Shown: positions 14,544 to 24,100 of the stretch, piece after piece
Layout of the letters: every line of letters starts with the position of its first letter
How positions within the stretch are numbered: position 1 is the stretch's first letter
DNA from: a virus
Taxonomy: Duplodnaviria; Caudoviricetes
Direction: 5' to 3' (one strand)
IMG/VR virus record: IMGVR_UViG_3300007609_000073
Coordinates: 1 to 28,053 of that record
DNA: 28,053 nucleotides
The notes under the pieces: model-generated
The model's database searches: none
What the model was told of the DNA's origin: nothing
What the model saw: the letters and a program-made list of their open reading frames with translations, nothing else
Translations under genes and position numbers: made by a program

Positions 14544-15277
14544 TGAATATCCTCTTTATAGACATTGAGACCACACCGATGACCGCATACACTTGGGGTC
14601 TGTGGCAACAGAATGTCTCACTGAGTCAAATTATTGACTCCACTGAAATGATGTGCTTTGGTGCTCGCTGGTATGGCGAGAAGAAAGTGCACTTCAAATC
14701 TATTCACCATCACGGCAAGCAAGAGATGCTTGACTCTGTGCACCAACTACTAGACGAAGCTGATGTAGTTGTTGGATGGAATTCAGCGTCATTTGACAGC
14801 AAGCACCTAAAGCGTGAGTTGTTGGAGGCTGGCATGATGCCACCGTCTCCATACAAAGACATGGACTTGATGAGAACAGTAAAGTCTCAGTTTAGGTTTC
14901 CAAGCAACAAGCTTGACTACGTAGCACAGAAGCTAGGAGTAGGTGCAAAGGTGCAGCACTCCGGTTTTGAGTTGTGGGTCAAGTGCATGGCTAACGATAA
15001 AAAAGCTTGGGCAGAGATGAAGCGTTACCAAATTCAAGATGTGAACTTGTTGATTGATCTTTACGAGAAGCTAAAGCCTTGGATCAAGAATCATCCTAAT
15101 GTGGCTCTTTATGATGGCCTTGAAGACGGTTGCACTAACTGTGGTTCTATGCATCTGCAGAAGCGTGGAGTAGAGAGAACCTCAAGCTCTAGTTACCAAA
15201 GATATCAGTGTCAGAGTTGCGGTAAGTGGTTAAGGGGCACAAGTCTAATAAGTAAGACTGCGAAAAGGTCAATCTAA
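14543..15277 (+). CDS. RNase H-fold DEDD 3'-5' exonuclease with C-terminal zinc ribbon
   Basis: FIDIET, GWNSASFD, NKLDYVA, YQIQDV; CTNCGS...YQCQSCGKW. Confidence 0.88.
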   Translation: MNILFIDIETTPMTAYTWGLWQQNVSLSQIIDSTEMMCFGARWYGEKKVHFKSIHHHGKQEMLDSVHQLLDEADVVVGWNSASFDSKHLKRELLEAGMMPPSPYKDMDLMRTVKSQFRFPSNKLDYVAQKLGVGAKVQHSGFELWVKCMANDKKAWAEMKRYQIQDVNLLIDLYEKLKPWIKNHPNVALYDGLEDGCTNCGSMHLQKRGVERTSSSSYQRYQCQSCGKWLRGTSLISKTAKRSI

Positions 15278-15564
15278 TGTTTGGCTGGTTCAAAAAGCGT
15301 GGCAAGAAAAATGAGATGCCAGCTGATCCTTTTGATGGACTAGATGACGCTGGTCCTGAGTTTGTAGTTGAGCAATATTTTGATGAAGAACGTGGCTTGA
15401 CAATATGGGTTGAGCTTGTGTGCACCTGTGGTTTACCAGTTGCGAGAAAAGGCGAAGATAGCTTTTACTGCCTACACTGCGACGAAGGTTGCGAAGAAGA
15501 TGCAGCTCGCTGTAAGTACTGTCAATACGCCATGATGGACAGAGAACAAGAGGATGAATTCTGA
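15277..15564 (+). CDS. Cys-rich small protein
   Basis: CTCG, CLHCDEGC, CKYC; TAATG coupling. Confidence 0.75.
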   Translation: MFGWFKKRGKKNEMPADPFDGLDDAGPEFVVEQYFDEERGLTIWVELVCTCGLPVARKGEDSFYCLHCDEGCEEDAARCKYCQYAMMDREQEDEF

Positions 15565-15778
15565 GCGTTCACGCAGAATATGACAAAAATGTCATAATTT
15601 TATTGCACTACAATGCAAAATATGCGTGTTCGCTAATATACATTTTGCAGGGGTTCTACTATACATTCCACAAATGTCCGTCTGAAAGCTCCCTAAATGA
15701 CCGTCTAGTGTAAAACGGTATTGTTTGGAGCGACAAAATAGTAGCGTAGAGTTGACTTTAGCAAATGTAACTTATAAG

Positions 15779-16012
15779 TTACAGCTCATAGATGTCTGGG
15801 TTCTTTTTGGTTTCTGTCGGAGCCTTCTGAGTAATGATCGAAGTCAAGATAGACAGAAATGCAGCTCCAAGCGATACGCTAAGCATGTTGGCCCAGTTGA
15901 CTTCAAACAGTCCAACGGTTCCAGTTCCTAAGAAAGCCAAAGCAGCCTGTGCCCAAGTCTTTACGGCACGCTCTCCGGCGTAGTTCAAAAATTCTAAGCT
16001 AAATAGTTTCAT
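15779..16012 (-). CDS. Holin (r1t-type)
   Basis: ERAVKTWAQA...W...LSILTSI signature with two hydrophobic segments. Confidence 0.88.
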   Translation of the reverse strand: MKLFSLEFLNYAGERAVKTWAQAALAFLGTGTVGLFEVNWANMLSVSLGAAFLSILTSIITQKAPTETKKNPDIYEL

Positions 16013-16311
16013 GGTTCAATGTCCAAATCTTTGTTGATCTTATCATCTATTGTACTACCTGCCACATAAGCAGATACTATTATCGAGAGAAGCGTGACAC
16101 CACCTGTGATAAGCGTCGTCGCCACTTCAGGGTAAATAAAGAACGCCACTCCACCAAAGACAACCATAAATACAGAAACACGATATGAACCATAAATTAG
16201 TCGTCTCCGAAACTTCCAGCGATCTTTGGGATCATCGTCTTTACCAGAGATAAAGAACAATCCATCCCACGCAACCTGCGCGTATTTCTTTAGAGTGGCT
16301 TTCCGCAGCAT
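16009..16311 (-). CDS. Two-TM membrane protein of the lysis cassette
   Basis: WKFRRR followed by two TM helices; lies between endolysin and holin. Confidence 0.75.
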   Translation of the reverse strand: MLRKATLKKYAQVAWDGLFFISGKDDDPKDRWKFRRRLIYGSYRVSVFMVVFGGVAFFIYPEVATTLITGGVTLLSIIVSAYVAGSTIDDKINKDLDIEP

Positions 16312-16973
16312 TTGCAGACCTCTCCATCTGGCTTTTTAGCCCAAACCTTGCTCAAAAGGCTCCAGATCGATTCTGACGGCTTTTCTACCTTCTCGGGTGC
16401 AACTACCTTAGAAGGCTTCTGTTTTGCCGGCTTAGAGGAATCTGTTAGCTCTTTTTTTTCTTCTTTTTCTTTTTTCCCTTGTAGTTCATGCTTCTCCCAT
16501 GCTTTTATCTTTTGGTCAATAAATTTCTCAGGATCAAAGGTTTTTGCATATCTTGGGTCTGGAGTCTTGTGAGCTGTGAGATGAACGTGGTCGCCTTTAC
16601 TGCAGGTTCCGCTATTGCCCTGACGACCTACTGGTTGACCAACTTTAACTTTGTCGCCAACTTTTAGTTTGCTCATGCAAGTTGATCCATCCTCGTGATC
16701 TTTGCCATTGCACTCAGTTGTATCGTGCTTGTTGCAGTAAAGATGAGAATAGCCAAAGTAAACAGCATCTTCGTCTGTCTTGATAACTACGTACCAACCG
16801 AGGCATTTCGAGTAATCAATCTTTGCAACCTCAGCGTCGCTTACAGCACGAAGTAATTCTTTTTTATTAGGACTTGCGTAATCGCAACCACGATGTGGCG
16901 ACTTTCGATTCTTTGTTGCGCCAAAACGTGAAGTTATTGTCTTTTTTGGAAGAGGGTGTTGCCATTTGTTCAT
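16290..16973 (-). CDS. Endolysin, M23 metallopeptidase
   Basis: ITSRFG, HRGCD, YSHL, VKVGQPVG.QGNSG...HVH. Confidence 0.9.
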   Translation of the reverse strand: MNKWQHPLPKKTITSRFGATKNRKSPHRGCDYASPNKKELLRAVSDAEVAKIDYSKCLGWYVVIKTDEDAVYFGYSHLYCNKHDTTECNGKDHEDGSTCMSKLKVGDKVKVGQPVGRQGNSGTCSKGDHVHLTAHKTPDPRYAKTFDPEKFIDQKIKAWEKHELQGKKEKEEKKELTDSSKPAKQKPSKVVAPEKVEKPSESIWSLLSKVWAKKPDGEVCKCCGKPL

Positions 16974-16976
16974 TTG

Positions 16977-17225
16977 TTATCCCATCATTTGCATTGTTGC
17001 AACAACCGCAGCACCCACACCCGCAGTCAGGGCAGCATACGCAACTTTTTCGATCCATGCTGTTTTCGCTTCCTGTAGTTCTAATTCACGAACTCGCTGT
17101 GGCAATTGCTCAATGGCGGTTAGCCTTTGTGATAACTCAATGAGCAAACGCTCGTTCTCCAACTGCTTTTCATAAAGCATGTTCATGGTTACACGAGCAT
17201 GTGGTTGCTCACTGGTATTACTCAC
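16977..17225 (-). CDS. Coiled-coil protein with C-terminal TM helix
   Basis: RVRELE then a hydrophobic helix; GTG start with SD AAGGAG. Confidence 0.75.
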   Translation of the reverse strand: MSNTSEQPHARVTMNMLYEKQLENERLLIELSQRLTAIEQLPQRVRELELQEAKTAWIEKVAYAALTAGVGAAVVATMQMMG

Positions 17226-17235
17226 GGGCTACTCC

Positions 17236-17601
17236 TTAGCTGTAATTGCTTGCTATCCAGTCGATTCTTAAAGCTGAATCTGCGCCCGTTCCGCTTAGTC
17301 TGTGCACACGAGCTGTGAAGCCAGTCGTGCTTGGTGCACCTGAGAGAGTTACTACATATCCACTGGCAGAAGCACTGCCCTGAACATTTGCTACAACCAC
17401 TGGTGTGCCCGTAAGTGTCGCTCCGTAGCTGACAAATACATCAACTGGCGTGATTGTATCACTTGGTCCAGTAAATAGCTCTGATCCAGAAAGCACACCA
17501 GCATTGTCGGCTGAGTTAGCCAAGTTTGCAAAGTGAGTTTCAAGAGGTGCAATGTTATCGCTCGAAGTCGGGTAAATTACACCTTTAGTAGTGGTTGCCA
17601 T
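17236..17601 (-). CDS. Minor tail/virion protein
   Basis: TTKGVIYP N-terminus; PVVVA...TTGFT...IDWIA beta-domain typical of tail proteins. Confidence 0.7.
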   Translation of the reverse strand: MATTTKGVIYPTSSDNIAPLETHFANLANSADNAGVLSGSELFTGPSDTITPVDVFVSYGATLTGTPVVVANVQGSASASGYVVTLSGAPSTTGFTARVHRLSGTGADSALRIDWIASNYS

Positions 17602-17605
17602 GTGA

Positions 17606-17737
17606 CTATTCTACCTCATCATTATCTTGTGACATTGCAGCAATAGTTGCCTTGAGAATTGCTATCTCTCCAGCTTGATTTGCAATCTGCTCTTTTAGTG
17701 CTGCTACCACTACGTTAGGGTCAATTTGTTGCGCCAT
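17606..17737 (-). CDS. Small coiled-coil protein, 43 aa (not in ORF track)
   Basis: MAQQIDPNVVVAALKEQIANQAGEIAILKATIAAMSQDNDEVE; SD AAGGA; fills the gap exactly. Confidence 0.75.
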   Translation of the reverse strand: MAQQIDPNVVVAALKEQIANQAGEIAILKATIAAMSQDNDEVE

Positions 17738-18728
17738 TTTCTAATTCCTTTACTCGTTCGTTTAGTTCCTGCACACTCTTGTGTAAGAACATATATAGCT
17801 TGTCATACCTAAGCCCCTTATATTTGTCAACTTCATTTGCAGGTATTACTAGATGCTCACCAAGCCCAATATCTTCAAAGTTTTCCAATATAAAACCAAG
17901 AGAAGTTGTTTGTGCCTCTTCGTCGGTTCTCACCGCTTCACGCTTGTAGTTGAACGTAACTGGATTGACGGACATAAAGGCATCTGTGTCAAAAGTAAAC
18001 TCTGTAATATTCTCTTTAGCCTCAATACTAGAAATGGTTGGATTTCTAAACATTGTGCCCGAGCTATTGATAAACAAGTTTCCGTTGAAGCTTGTAGTCG
18101 TATTGTTTGCTACAAAACTGTTTCTTAAGGCTTGTAAATCTTGGTCAACTTGAATAATACCGCAGTCAATCTGGGCAACATCTACAATACCGCCAGAGGT
18201 AAAGTCAGAAGCTGAAATGCTTACACCAGATATATTGACACCAGAAATATCGCTTGCGTCTATTGTTCCACCAGAAATCCTGTCAGCGGTAAGAGATCCA
18301 GTTGTTATGTTGCTTGCGTTTAAATTTGTAACCGTTATCTCACTTGCATCAATTGTTCCAGCAGTAATTTGATTAGCACTAATTTCACCTGCGTAAACAT
18401 AGTCGGCGTCAATCTGAGTTGCAGTAACAGAGCCAACAACCAAGTTAGCACCGTCTACTTCATAGTCTCCACCGGGTGTGCCTAGTCCAGTTAGTCCATT
18501 GATTGCATCAAGTGCGTCAGACGCAGCTTGTTGCGCATCAGCTGCAGCTTGCTGTGTTTCTAGGAATGTTGCGTCTAGTCTGCGAAAGCTTGCAGCTAAC
18601 TGATCATCACGAGTTGTATTGTTGACCTCAGCTGACCGGAATGCCGTCTCTAGGTTTGCTACTCGCTTTTGAACTTCTCTAGCCCAAGGTTGCGACTGTG
18701 CCGATAAGTAGTTTCTACTAAATGTCAT
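17721..18728 (-). CDS. Tail fibre/spike with C-terminal S74-like intramolecular chaperone
   Basis: ITAGTIDA-type repeats; SSIEAKENI...PVTFNYK...LGFILE...LRYDKL...VQEL. Confidence 0.8.
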   Translation of the reverse strand: MTFSRNYLSAQSQPWAREVQKRVANLETAFRSAEVNNTTRDDQLAASFRRLDATFLETQQAAADAQQAASDALDAINGLTGLGTPGGDYEVDGANLVVGSVTATQIDADYVYAGEISANQITAGTIDASEITVTNLNASNITTGSLTADRISGGTIDASDISGVNISGVSISASDFTSGGIVDVAQIDCGIIQVDQDLQALRNSFVANNTTTSFNGNLFINSSGTMFRNPTISSIEAKENITEFTFDTDAFMSVNPVTFNYKREAVRTDEEAQTTSLGFILENFEDIGLGEHLVIPANEVDKYKGLRYDKLYMFLHKSVQELNERVKELENGATN

Positions 18729-20311
18729 GATGCCTCCATAAGTGGTATCACAGTGAACTCATTGAATTTCATCGCCTGATCTCCGTAAGTTGCTTGATCA
18801 CCAGCTCTTGCAGTAAACTCTGCAAAGGTCTTGCCGGTCCAGATGTTTGTAAAGTCTGTAAAGTTTGCACAAGCCTCAGCAGTCAAGTCTACCTGTGCAT
18901 CACTAAAGGTTGCGTTTATGATTCTAAACTTGTTTTGCTCATCATAAAAGATTTGGCCAATGCTTTCACCAAATGATCCGCTTTCAGCAAGAGTAATGTT
19001 CATTTGCACATCAGGACCACAAGCTGCTTGAGATGCAGCAACGCCCCTGCAGGAAACATCAAAGTCTTTGTTCATAAAGACATTATCTATTTCGCTACCT
19101 TCTTCTTGAGCAATGTACTCAATCGGAGCACCAGACAGAAAAGTCTTGCTCTGAGTTTCAAAGAATACTCCTGTGCCAGTTATGTACAAAGCTGGGTAGT
19201 CCTCTTCACCAGAACTTTCAACACCGATCTTATAAGGTCCAAGGGTTACTGTTTGTGGGTCATCTGCAGTTGGCAGCTCTGTTGCAGGAGGTGCGACAAT
19301 AACAATTTCAATCTCATTTGGATTCTCGGTCAAAGAAACAGTCAAACTGCCGCCTTGAGCTTGCCATTGAGCCGGGAGCACAGGTAAGTCATCGCTACCG
19401 ACAACAACATACTCGCCAGTTGAACCAGTGTATGGCAAAGTAGAAATAGCAGAAACGTTTACTGGTTGGTTGACAGACTCAAGCGAAGCATTTATTTCAA
19501 AGCGTTTGATAACGGTTTCTCCGGGATCAACCTGCATCCTGTCGTCAATGGTTACGTTTTCAGTTGCTCCGCTAAGATCTTGTCTATCTCTTTCGGCAAT
19601 AACTTGATTCACACCATAGCTTGTGCGATAAACGGTAATCTGCTTGCTTTGCTCTGCTTCTAAGTTTGTGACGTTGACGGTCTTTGAAATAACATCATCG
19701 CCAAGAGTTATCTGACGGTTTTTAGCTTCACGAAACTCAAGCTCGTTTTCGTTGATGAACATCTCAAGTCCGATGTTGTCAGTGTCGCTAAGCGAAACAG
19801 CAGCACACAAAGCCTTTAGGTTTTCCCACAGGTTGCCCTGCCAGCCGATAAAGTTTACGGGGATTGCATCTAGTGTCGTCTGCAGGCTTGAGCTGATCAC
19901 TGGAGTGATGTTGACCAAGTTGCAGTAAGTAATGATTGCAGTCCACAAAGTAGAGCCAGATCCGCCATGAGGAGGAGCTGTGACCTCGACATTTAGTCGA
20001 CCCTGAATTGTGTTGCCTGTCACAGAAACTACATCGTCGACAATGCTGACATCTCTGCCGATAAACTCTACCGCACCGTATCTGTCATCTTCTAGACGCA
20101 AAGTGTTGTTGATCAGTAGCTTGCTGCTTGGGTGAAGATTGCCGGTGACATTGTTCTGCCTAGCACGAATAGCAGTGAAGCTAACCTGCCCAGCACCACC
20201 AGTCAAGTCATCTGGTTCAAGTGAGGTGACATCCTCAGTGTAGGAAAACATCATGAGCGAGTTAGGCTCGATAGTTCCGCTTCCAGTAAGGTTTGTAAGT
20301 TTGGTAGCCAC
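18725..20311 (-). CDS. Minor tail protein (hub/Tal-like)
   Basis: Position in tail operon; probable GTG start overlapping the upstream TAG. Confidence 0.7.
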   Translation of the reverse strand: MATKLTNLTGSGTIEPNSLMMFSYTEDVTSLEPDDLTGGAGQVSFTAIRARQNNVTGNLHPSSKLLINNTLRLEDDRYGAVEFIGRDVSIVDDVVSVTGNTIQGRLNVEVTAPPHGGSGSTLWTAIITYCNLVNITPVISSSLQTTLDAIPVNFIGWQGNLWENLKALCAAVSLSDTDNIGLEMFINENELEFREAKNRQITLGDDVISKTVNVTNLEAEQSKQITVYRTSYGVNQVIAERDRQDLSGATENVTIDDRMQVDPGETVIKRFEINASLESVNQPVNVSAISTLPYTGSTGEYVVVGSDDLPVLPAQWQAQGGSLTVSLTENPNEIEIVIVAPPATELPTADDPQTVTLGPYKIGVESSGEEDYPALYITGTGVFFETQSKTFLSGAPIEYIAQEEGSEIDNVFMNKDFDVSCRGVAASQAACGPDVQMNITLAESGSFGESIGQIFYDEQNKFRIINATFSDAQVDLTAEACANFTDFTNIWTGKTFAEFTARAGDQATYGDQAMKFNEFTVIPLMEAS

Positions 20312-21186
20312 TAGACCTCCTGCCAAGTGACGCTCATGCCGATTCGACCCTCGCCAATGTTAGCTGAGTAGTACTCAATCTGCGGAGCGGATGCAAACTC
20401 CAATCCTGTCGTTCCTCGACCAGAAATAAATCCGCCCGTTGCTGGGAAGTTGCTTCCCTCTAGTAACTGAGCAATCATTCCGCTCACAGTAAAGACTGAT
20501 GCACCAGTGTCTGGCTTGTAAAGGTAAATCTCGACCTTAGAGTAAACATCTCCAGAAACGGCTACGTTTGTGCGGTTACTAGAGGTGACGCCAATTACGT
20601 TCGCATCTACTGTTGTTTGTGTGCCATCGGTTCTGGCATAACGCTTGATTCGCACACCGCCATCACCTGACCCAACCTCACCATGCCAACCGAAGTGCAA
20701 AGTGTGCCCAGTAGGGATAATAATTGTTAGCTTGTCGGTGCTTTCGATTTCGCCAGTGCCTAGTGAGTACTTAGCTGAAATAGTTGGGTAATCGTTTATG
20801 TTGTTTGCTGTGTCTACAAACTCGCTTACTGCAAAGCTTGCAATCTCTGGCCAGTCCTTGCGAGTGATTCCGGGAGCAGCCCAGCTAGGTGGCAACAAGT
20901 TAGTTGTTGTTGCGTAAGGATCATTCCAGTAGTAAGGGCCGTCACCATAAACGCCGTCAAAAAAGTCCTTGATGGTCTGTAGGCTGTCTTCCATCTCTGG
21001 TGCGTTCATTGGTCCCAGCCAACTAGCATCAAAACGCCTTGAGCTGCCCTGTGAGCGGATTATAGATGTCTTACCTGTAAGTAGCATGTTCTCGACAAAA
21101 CGACCCGTTGCAGAGGCTTGTAGCCCCGTTTGCGGTGCAGGTATGTAAAGCTGCTTGCTTGCATTGCCAAAATAGACTTTACGCAT
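20311..21186 (-). CDS. Minor tail protein (distal-tail-like)
   Basis: Immediately after tape measure; GPYYWNDPYA motif. Confidence 0.7.
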   Translation of the reverse strand: MRKVYFGNASKQLYIPAPQTGLQASATGRFVENMLLTGKTSIIRSQGSSRRFDASWLGPMNAPEMEDSLQTIKDFFDGVYGDGPYYWNDPYATTTNLLPPSWAAPGITRKDWPEIASFAVSEFVDTANNINDYPTISAKYSLGTGEIESTDKLTIIIPTGHTLHFGWHGEVGSGDGGVRIKRYARTDGTQTTVDANVIGVTSSNRTNVAVSGDVYSKVEIYLYKPDTGASVFTVSGMIAQLLEGSNFPATGGFISGRGTTGLEFASAPQIEYYSANIGEGRIGMSVTWQEV

Positions 21187-24100
21187 TAGTTCAATCCTCG
21201 CTGTGACAACATCACGTTCCCTGCGTTTGCAGACTGTGCAATCTTACCGTTGTCTGCATACAAGTTTACTGGACGATCTGCAACCTGTCTTAGCAAGGCA
21301 CGATCTTGTGGCGATAGGTAAACAATGTTGCTTCCGCCGCCTGCTACGCCGTTTGTTGCATTAGAAGGCATTGATGCCATTGGCAGTCTTTGCTGGTTTA
21401 GGGCATTCATAAAGTCGACACCGTAGGATCGCACAGCAGATGCTTGAACAACGTACTCGCCGTTAGAAAGCATGGTTGGGATGCTGTCGCTAGTTGGTCC
21501 ACCGGGACCACGAACTCTGCCGCCGTTTTCCATACTGCCAACGTAACCGCCTGCTGCGAAACGCACAGGAGCTTCCCCAGCTGAAGATCCAGATCCACGT
21601 ATTTGACCAGTAATTGTTCTGAAGGTTCTGTAATCGACACCGTAAACGGCTTTGTAGAAGTCAGACAAAGAAATAAGTCCTCTGTCAAGACCCATCCTAA
21701 ATAATCGAACATCGCTACCGTTAATAATTGGTCTTAGCTGTGATGCAACACTCGGAACTTTTGTTTCAATAGTTGTGCGTGCAACAAACCCATTTATAGA
21801 CTTTAGACTTGCTTCGTACTCGTTCAGTGCTTGTTCAGCGGCACTAATGTTTGAGTCAAACTCAATATCCACTCTTGGATCAACCTTGTCTACAGTTTTT
21901 ATGAAGCCATCAAAAATGCCCTCGTACTTTTCAAGTTCTTCTCTTGAGTATCCGACTTCAGTTGCTTGAGCCATAAACTCTTCTTTTAGGGACCTTATGT
22001 AACCCTCGAGCTCTTCGCCTTCCATGCCTGATTCAATTGCTGCTTGAATTAAATTGCCGTACTCGCCAACCAGCCCGATTAAAGCACTTCTGTTTTCTTT
22101 CGCTGCCTCACTAGTTCCCTTTAGGGTCATCTCTGATTCAGCTTGTGCTTCTGCTAAGTTTTCGTTTTCGTCAGCAAGCTTGTTGTCAATTTTTGCAAGC
22201 TTTGCACGAATAACCGCAGCTCTTTGCTCGTCACCATAACGCTGAGCAACAGATAGCTGATATTCAAGAACGTCTCTGTCTGCAGTCAGCTCTAGGATTT
22301 CAGCATTGGCATCTCTAATGGCTTCTTCGGCTTTTTCTGCGTTTTCTGCAATTTTTTCCCAGCCATCGGCAATGTCATCTTGAACTTCGATCTCGCCAAA
22401 CTCGATGCCCATAATTCGATCAAAAATGCCACCGATGTCCTTCGAGTAATCAGTTACATCTCTTAGTGCCTTGCCTACGCCCCTAATACTTTCAGCACGA
22501 TCATCATTTGCTTCAGTGTCTGCTTGACTTCCTGCAGTCAGCGCTTGCACAGCCTCAAATGCGGCTATGTTACCTTCGGTAATTCCATCAATTGCAATAG
22601 CCTGTTGCAAGTAAAGGCCAATAGCTCTTCTAGTTGCACCATTTGCATTGGCTTGCTCATCGGCAGTTCTTTTTAGGGCACCTATTTCCACAGCTCTACC
22701 AGTGTTCACATCGAACAAAAGAGTTGCGAGTCTTGCATAAAATTGTTGCTGTTGAGTTCCTGCGCCTTGTTGCAAAGCGTCAAGCTGATCTAGAGGTGTT
22801 ACTTCTAAGAATTCTTGAACTTGCTCACGAAGTGTGTCCAGTGCTCCAGAACCGGGATCCTGCATGGCTGCTTCAATTAAGCTGCCGAAGTCTAAGTCTG
22901 AGCTTGTGAGGGTTTCGCCAAGTCGTAGTCCCGCTTCATTTGCAGAATCAAACATCTCTGTAAACTGCTCAGTGTTGACCACAGCTTGACCGATTGCTCT
23001 AGCAAAGTTTTCGCCAAGTGCAACCGTGTTGTCGTCAATGGCTTGCGTGGAGTCATCGAATGCATCTTTTACATCACCCTGCGAGTTGACAATCTTACTT
23101 GCTGCAGAAGCTGCTCCTGATGAAAGGCTGCTGGTTTTATCTAGCTTTGTGTTGTGCAGGGCAATTGCTTCACCGGACTCACGGAAAGCTTCAGTATCCG
23201 CCTTGATAGCATCGCTTAGCGTTCTTGCTCCACCAGCTGCAGCTTCTAGATCTACTTGCGTTCTACCTAGCGAACTAAGAGTCGAGACCAATCCAATCAC
23301 AGTAATTGCAGCAATTGCAGCACCTAAGATTCCAACAGCTCCAGTCAAGCCTCTTGTGGCGACTGTAGCTTGATTGGTTGCTATGATTTCCGCACGCCTT
23401 TCAGCAGTCATGGCTTTAGTTGCAACCATATTGTCTAGCTGCTTCTTTGTATAAAACTCCATTGCTCCAGACGCACTTGTTGTGGCAAACAAGGTTCCAC
23501 GAATTGCGTTTGTCAATCCAGCTATTGGGTTCATTGCGGTCAGTGCACCTTGACCTGTTTTGATCATTGCAACTTGCAAGGCTAGTATCTGAGCCGTTGC
23601 GATCTTTGAGGCAAAAGTGACTCCAGCAAAAATAGCAATAAAAGCAGACAAGCTTGTGACAATTGGGATTACAAATTGTCCAATATCTGTTGCTGCAAAG
23701 TTTTCAATCTGATTTACAAAAGCAATTAGCCCTTCGATGATTGGCTTTAAGAATTCTCCAAATCCAGCACCAGCAGTTGCAGCAAGAGCCTCAAAAGCGT
23801 TGATAAGCCTTTGAACTTTAGCTTCTAAGTTATCTGCAGTGTCTGCATAAGCTTCCGACAAAGCTGTGCCCTCGGTGTAAGATTCGTTAGCATCACGCAG
23901 TGACTTAGTGTAAACATCCATGTTTCCAGAAAGCCTTTGCAAAACGTTGATCTCACGAGTTTCGACAATGCCAAGGTTATCTAGCACAGCGGTAAGATTG
24001 TCCACTTCGCTCAAACCGCCAACAAATGCACTAAAGAATTGCTCTGGGTTTGTGCGGAATAGATTTCTGGCAGCCTCTTCAGTTGTGCCCATTACTGAAG

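Noticed and set aside
15678-15740. Hammerhead ribozyme near CTGAAAG
   Set aside because: Core does not match CUGAnGA...GAAA with the required stems.
16450-16480. Homopolymer tracts in the endolysin as a phase-variation or frameshift site
   Set aside because: Explained by a Lys/Glu-rich linker; the frame is intact.
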